From: Octopus sinensis
Taxonomy: Eukaryota
DNA length: 64,000 bases
Reading direction: 5' to 3'
NCBI RefSeq assembly: GCF_006345805.1
Contig: NC_043006.1
Location: forward strand, 70,122,001 to 70,186,000
Shown here piece after piece: positions 56,454 through 64,000 of the stretch (positions are counted from its first letter, which is position 1; each line of letters opens with the position of its first letter). The translations under genes and the position numbers were made by a program. The notes beneath the pieces were generated by a model that was given only the letters and a program-made list of their open reading frames with translations, was not told where the DNA came from and did not search any database.

Positions 56454-56586
56454 TGTCTGGTGAGAGTCATTCTGCCTTACTACCTAACACACTCACCGGC
56501 CCAATTTCCACTCGTTTATAATAAATGAGTAGAAATTGAACCATTGAGTGTGTTAGATATTAAGGCAGTATGACTCTCCCCAGACA
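56454..56586. repeat. ~130-bp imperfect palindrome
   Basis: TGTCTGGTGAGAGTCAT..CTAACACACTCA pairs with TGAGTGTGTTAG..ATGACTCTCCCAGACA. One arm is also present at ~54300-54370. Confidence 0.75.
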
Positions 56587-56860
56587 CAACTAAATTCGCT
56601 TTAACAGACGAATTTGTCATAAAGAATCTTGCAAACAAAATACAAAAACGAAGTACAACATGTCCTCTTTAAAAATTGGATAGGTCACACATTTTAATTC
56701 ATTTAAAAATTATATATCTGCAACAAGAATAAAATAAAATAAAAGCAGATAGCTGTGCCATGAGGTACAAGGCATAAATAATGCATGTAAACACAAATAT
56801 AAGGACTGGAAGGGTTTTGAATTTGTCATGGTGCCAATAAAAAAAAATAACTAAAGGAAA

Positions 56861-56893
56861 GTGATGTTTCCATTCTTTTGTCCAACCCCTGTA
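56861..56893. mobile_element. Solo Tc1-like TIR related to 38301-38332
   Basis: TGTTTCCATTCTTTTGTCCAACCCCTGTA. Confidence 0.6.
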
Positions 56894-57112
56894 TATATGC
56901 TCATAGACACATACACACACACAAACACATAGACACACGTACATATATATATATATACATGCATACATTTACATACATACATATATATACATGCATACAT
57001 TTACATACATACATGTATATACATGCATACGTATACGTGCGTACATATATATGTACATACATAAGCACATATATATATATATATGTGTGTGTGTGTGTAT
57101 GTATATATATAT

Positions 57113-57193
<81 letters not shown>

Positions 57194-57649
57194 TATATAC
57201 ATACATATATATATACATATACATATACACATACATGTATACATACATATATATTATTTAAAAGGTTTTAGTAAAGATTAGGCTGAGCATTTATTAAGTG
57301 CTTAATTACTATGAATTAATATAATTTGCAGGAAGGTTAACCGACATTAATACTAACAAATTAATTACGTCACTCCAATACACCCCCGCATTTGCATAAG
57401 CACACAAAACACATACTACAAAAAATATAGACTCATACGTAAACACGCTCTCTCTCTCTCTCATACACACACATATACACACACGCTAACACGCTCACAC
57501 ACACACACACTATAAATACAATAACACTCATCTCTCCAATTCACACAGAAACACCCAAGCACTTATACATTTCACCTCCATTCATGCACACACAAATCAA
57601 ACACCCACGCGCGCACACGTCTGTGTATATGGATGTATGTAGATAGATA

Positions 57650-57668
57650 TGAAGGTAGATAGATAGAC

Positions 57669-57742
<74 letters not shown>

Positions 57743-58258
57743 GTAGGTAGGTAGGTAGGTAGGTAGGTAGGTAGGTAGGTAGGTAGACAAATACATACAT
57801 ACATACATACATACATACATACATACATACATACATACATACATACATACATACATACATACATACATACATACATACATACATACATACATACATACAT
57901 ACATACATACATACATACATACTACATACATACATACATACATACATACATACATACATACATACATACATACATACATACATACATACATACATACATA
58001 CATACATACATACATACATACATACATACATACATACATACCTACATACATACATACATACATACATACATACATACATACATACATACATACACATACA
58101 TACATACATACATACATACATACATACATACATACATACATACATACATACATACATACATACATACATACATACATACATACATACATACATACATACA
58201 TACATACATACATACATACATACATACATACATACATACATACATACATACATACATA
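57650..58258. repeat. Compound microsatellite (GATA)n(GGTA)n(CATA)n
   Basis: Read directly. Representative of many TA, CA, GA, TAA, GATA and CATA tracts across the window. Confidence 0.97.
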
Positions 58259-58261
58259 GGG

Positions 58262-58645
58262 AAGGAAGCACTCCGTCGGTTACGACGATGAGGATTCCGG
58301 TTGATCCGAATCAACAGAACAGCCTGCTCGTGAAATTAACGTGTAAGTGGCTGAGCACTCCACAGACACGTGTACCCTTAACGTAGTTCTCTGGGATATT
58401 CAGCGTGACACAGAGAGTGACAAGGCCGGCCCTTTGAAATACAGGTACAACAGAAACAGGAAGTAAGAGTGAGAGAAAGTTGTGGTGAAAGAGTACAGCA
58501 GGGATCATCACCATCCCCTGCCGGAGCCTCGTGGAGCTTAGGTGTTTTCGCTCAATAAACACTCACAACGCCCGATCTGGGAATCGAAACCGCGATCCTA
58601 TGACCGCGAGTCCGCTGCCCTAACCACTGGGCCATTGCGCCTCCA
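58262..58645 (-). mobile_element. SINE type A
   Basis: Colinear with 3142-3529; embedded in (CATA)n. Confidence 0.88.
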
Positions 58646-58718
58646 TACATACATAAATACATATATGCATAAGCATAGAGTTAGTTACAGATAAAAACGC
58701 ATGCATATAAACGAACTG

Positions 58719-58754
<36 letters not shown>

Positions 58755-59063
58755 AATATATATATATATATACATATGTGTATGTGTGTGTGTGTGTATA
58801 TGTGTATGTATGTAGATATATGTACTTAACTATTTGTTTAGCGACTCGTTTATCACGCCACCGCGATCATCTGGCGAGAATGCCTGGAGATCGCAGTGAC
58901 ACGAAACTTGACCCACAATACAAAAAAAAAATGCACTGAGTATTCTCTCCCATTTTCATTCACAAACTAGATCACTTAAACACATATATGTCTACATAAC
59001 TACACAAATGCATACGTGTCTTCGTGTGCGCATGCGTGTGTGCGTGTTTATATATATATATAC

Positions 59064-59162
<99 letters not shown>

Positions 59163-60017
59163 GTAGAAGCTCCTTCTATAAAATAAATATACATATATAT
59201 ATATATATATAATTTCATAGATATAAGGGTAGAAAGTATCAAATAATTATTTACCAGTGTCTAGCATGCGTAATAAGAGCCAGGAGACAAATATTTTTAA
59301 TATATGCATATATTTCTAATTCGTTGCCAAAAATGAAAGAGGTAATACACAATCCATATCTTAGTATTTTTCCGAACCAAATTTTTTTAATCTGAATAAA
59401 ACGTTTTTTTTTTTTTTTTTTCATGATGTAATCGAATTATTTATCGATTAAAGAAAAAACACGTCTGAAACAGCCGCAGTGAACCTTAATCCATTTCTGT
59501 TTTTTTTTTTGATTTACACATAGGTTTGGTGATGCAAACAAGAAAAAATTTAACTCAAAACATGTGTATATCAATATTTTTATTAACAATTGGGAGAACC
59601 TACCGAGTAGCTCAAGGGCCGAGAATTTTGGCGATACAACATTCATATCCGCTGCAAATTGGGTCCATTGGAAGAAAGTTTTCGAACATTTTGTGCATTT
59701 TGAGGAGACCATAAAATACAGGTTGTTCTTTGTTCTGACCGTAAAATCCTGGATTCAGTTTTATTTATAGAATTGTTTTCCTTCATTTCTATAATTATTT
59801 TGTCACGTTTTGTGTTTCTAATTGGGGTTTGGATCGACAGGTAATGCTTCATATGAAGTTTTGTCACTTAAAACTTTTTCACAGGCCGAAATATACTCAC
59901 TCTTGTCCATATTTACATCAATCTTTATAAATCAACAACAACAACAACAACAACAACAACAACTACAACAACAACAGCAGCAGCAGCAGCAGCAACAACA
60001 ACAACAACAACAACAAC

Positions 60018-60075
<58 letters not shown>

Positions 60076-60241
60076 GAAACATCTAGATAAAATTCCAGAA
60101 GAACCATGTCTCTAATGCTTCACTCACCCCAGGATACATACTGGATGTGTCTCAGCAAGTGACTATAACAAACGTGCAGATTAAAAGTAAAAAAATAATA
60201 ATGCCTTCTGATATAGACATCTTCATAATAATAATAATAAT

Positions 60242-60293
<52 letters not shown>

Positions 60294-60305
60294 TAATAAT
60301 AATAA

Positions 60306-63300
60306 TACGCTTGAAGTTGTAAGACATACAAGTATGAATGATAGAGAACCACTTCATAAACTCTCAAATACAAACCAAAATAAAAAACAAATCCAAATTG
60401 GCAACTATGTAACAAATGAAATAATACGAGAATTAAAACCTGATTTTACTGAGTTAAATGAAATTATTTACGCTTCTGCTAGGACAATTGAAACCAGCTG
60501 TATGCCCCCGAAAAAACAAAGAAAACAAAACCTGGGAAGAAATCAAACCTGGAGAAGTAAAATTGAAAAAGAGATTGAATTTATGAGAGGGCAAATATCA
60601 ATATTAAATGAACTAATATGTGGAAATGATGTAAGATCCAGAACAGGAAGAAAGATGAAGAGAAAATTTGGATCCTCACCAAGAGAAGAACTGATATCAA
60701 TAAAAGAAACGCTGAAACAAAAAGTCCAAGCAAAAGCCCAAAGAATACGAAGATTTGAGAAGAGAAACAAGTTTTACAAGCAAAATAAGCTGTTCACATC
60801 CAATGCCAAAAAATTCTACAGAGAAATAGGGAAGGAGAAAGTAACCGTTAAAGACCCCCCTCCCATGGAAGAAGTTCAAAACTTTTGGAAAGGGATTTGG
60901 AGTGACAAGAAGACGTACAACATAAATGCAGACTGGATTATACAAACTGAAGGATCCTACCAAAATTTACAACAACAAGCCTGGGAAGACATCACAATAG
61001 CAGACCTAAGAAAGGCACTCACGAAGGCCCATAATTGGAAATCCCCTGGTAAAGATAGGGTGCCGAATTTCTGGCTCGCATCGCTCCCATGCGCACACGG
61101 TAAGCTAGTTCAGCTGCTCAATGGAATTATGAGAGACCCAAAGAAAACACCTGAATGGTTAGCAAGTGGCATTACTTACCTACTCCCAAAGAATAACGAA
61201 ACCAACCTTCCAAAAAACTATCGGCCTATAACCTGTCTATCCACCACGTATAAAATCCTAACATCTATCCTGGCGGAGAAAACATATGCATTCATGGAGA
61301 AGAACGATATTTTCCCCATTGAACAAAAAGGGTGCCGCCGAGGCTCTTACGGATGCAAAGATCAACTGCTAATCAATCGTATGATCCTTGAGAACTGTCA
61401 CAACAAGCGCAGAAATCTCAGCACCGCATGGATTGACTATAAAAAGGCCTTCGACAGTATACCGCATCCATGGATCTTGAGATCGCTGGACATCTTCAAA
61501 ATTTCCCCTGTGATTTCAAACTTCCTGAAGCACAATATGTCGTTGTGGAATACGAATCTCCAATTATACCACTCTAATGGAGTACTTGCCTCAGAAAATA
61601 TAAACATCAACTGTGGAATTTTTGAAGGTGACTCACTTTCACCTTTAATATTCTGCATAGCCCTAATGCCCCTTACAAGTGAATTAAACAGAACAGGGTA
61701 TGGGTATAAAATTGCCAATAAAAAAATAAGCCATCTATTTTATATGGATGACTTAAAACTTTATGGTAAAGACTTGAACTTGAAGGCCTATTGCGCACCG
61801 TGAAAGCATTCAGCGATGACATCGGGATGGAGTTTGGACTTGAGAAGTGTGCCAAGGCCACTTTCCAGAAAGGGAAAGTGAAGACCACAAATTCAGTCGT
61901 GTTAGATGTTGACACAGTCATAAGAGAGCTTGAGCAAGAACAAACATACAAATATTTAGGGATAAATGAAGGCTCTGGTATTCAGCATGCAAGCATGAAA
62001 GAGAAGATCAGGAAGGAATGTTATAGGAGAGTTCGTGCAGTCCTGAAATCTGAACTAAATGCACGTAACAAGGTGTTAGCTATAAATTCCTTAGCAGTTC
62101 CAGTTGTTACTTATAGCTACAATGTGTTGAACTGGAATATGAGTGAAGTAAAGAATATAGATAGGAAAATACGCAAGCTGCTGAGTTGTAATAGGATGCA
62201 CCACCCAAAGGCAGACGTAGATCGCCTTTACCTTCCCAGAGCCCAAGAGGTCGAGGCCTGATCCAATTTGAACTAGCTTACAAAACAACCACAATTGGAC
62301 TGGCCAAATATCTCGAAATATCGAATGACTGGATGCTAAAGCTCGTGGAAAATCACGAGAGACGAAAGAAGCTTCATTCTATTATAAAGGAAAGCAAAAA
62401 AATTGCTATTGATTTCGTGCAGGATACCCAAACTGAACAACCCGAGGGAAGTACGGCAACTATTGTTGCAAAGAAGGTGAAAATGATGGCAACGAAAAAA
62501 GCGCACGAGCAATTGGCTGATAGGTGGGAGGAGAAACCTCTGCACGGCAAATATGTGACCCGCAGCAAACAAGCTGATGTTGACCAGAAGCAAACCCATC
62601 AGTGGCTGCGGAGCTCAGAGCTAAAAGCAGAGAGCGAAGGTTTCATCCTGGCTGCTCAAGATCAAAGCCTATTAACCCGGAACTACCAGGCCAATGTGAT
62701 GAAAAATGGAGCAGACCCAAAATGCCGATTCTGCAACGACATGATTGAAACAGTGGACCACCTAATCTCTGGATGTAAAGTCTTAGCACCAGTGGAGTAT
62801 AAATTAAGACATGACAGAGTTGGCCAATATCTACACTGGCTAATAAGTCGGCATTACAATATCAAAACTGCCGACAAGTGGTGTAATCACCACCCTGAGG
62901 CTGTAACTGAAGGAGAAAATATAACCATTCTGTGGGACTTTCCAGTACATACAGACCGAACCATCAAGGCCAATAAACCAGATATTGTTGTGAAAGACCA
63001 AAACAATAAAGTTTGCTTATTGATCGACATGAGCATCCCCTGTGATCATAATATCTCAGCGAAAGAGTTTGACAAGCTCAGAAAATATAAAGACCTACTC
63101 ATTGAAATTGAGAAAATGTGGCATTCAAGGCGGTTACAATACCAGTGATCGTAGGAGCACTAGGAATGATCAAGAAGGGAACCGAAAATTATATGAGAAT
63201 GATCCCTGGCTTACCATCCCTGCAAGAAGTGCAAAAGATTGTCTTAACTGGTACATCACACGTATTGAGAAGAGCATTGTCGATGTGAGAACTGTTGCTG

Positions 63301-63470
63301 CTCATGTATTTTAATTTAACTTAAAAAAAAAATAATAATTTTTTTAAATGAACGAACTATTGAGTTTGGTTTAATGGCCTACCAATGTATACTATGAGTT
63401 TCTTTGCCCTAGGAGTCGGGAAGACACTTGGCAAGAAATGGAAGCAAATTTGAAAGAAGAAAAAAAAATG
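60306..63470 (+). mobile_element. R4/Dong-like non-LTR retrotransposon (RT + REL endonuclease), 5'-truncated, frameshifted
   Basis: ORFs 60334-61803, 61791-62261 and 62333-63148 carry RT motifs (KSPGKD, NYRPITCL, WIDYKKAFDS, GDSLSP, YMDDLK), a CCHC knuckle (CRFC..HLISGC) and REL motifs (RHD, PD..D, KYKDL). Flanked by (TAA)n on both sides. Confidence 0.95.
60334..63287 (+). pseudogene. Disrupted RT/REL polyprotein ORF of the R4/Dong-like LINE
   Basis: Continuous homology is split by frameshifts near 61775, 62245 and 63125. The C-terminus (LQEVQKIVLTGTSHVLRRALSM*) ends near 63287. Confidence 0.9.
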
Positions 63471-63764
63471 TAATAATAATAATAATAATATTAATAATAA
63501 TAATAATAATGATAATAATAATAATAATAATAATGCTTTCTACTATAGGCACAAGACCTGGAATTTGGTGGGAGGGGTTAAGTCGATTACATTGGTCCCA
63601 GTACTCAACTGGGGCTAAATTTATCGACCCCCGAAAGGATGAAAGCCAATGTCGACCATGATGGAATTTGAACTCAGAACGTAGCGGCAGACGAAATACT
63701 ACTAAGCATTTCGCCTGGAGTGCTAACGATTCTGCCAGTTCGCTGCCTTAGTAGTAGCAGCAGC

Positions 63765-63846
<82 letters not shown>

Positions 63847-63939
63847 GTAGTGATGAGGATGATAATGATAATAATACTGCTGGATGTGGACAGCTGATAA
63901 TTTTCATCATACCCAGCAAAATAAGCTCTGAGTTTTCAT

Positions 63940-63970
<31 letters not shown>

Positions 63971-64000
63971 TAATAATAATAATAATAATAATAAAAGTCA

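Overview
This is eukaryotic, AT-rich, gene-poor DNA dominated by microsatellites and transposable elements. The SINE types, Dong/R4 LINEs and repeat density suggest an octopod cephalopod (inference). No host protein-coding gene can be supported; most ORFs in the track are microsatellite artefacts. The window holds several R4/Dong-like restriction-like-endonuclease (REL) LINEs sitting in (TAA)n tracts, L1/Tx1-like LINEs sitting in (TATC)n tracts, RTE relics, Penelope-like GIY-YIG fragments, a Penelope-type minimal hammerhead ribozyme element, Tc1/mariner and hAT remnants, palindromic MITEs, at least four modular tRNA-derived SINE types, and 24-bp and 49-bp minisatellites. The most notable pattern is apparent partitioning of microsatellites among retroelements. 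An 8-kb co-oriented array of Dong/R4 pieces and an unclassified ~555-bp non-coding partner lie in (TAA)n, while Tx1-like copies lie in (TATC)n.
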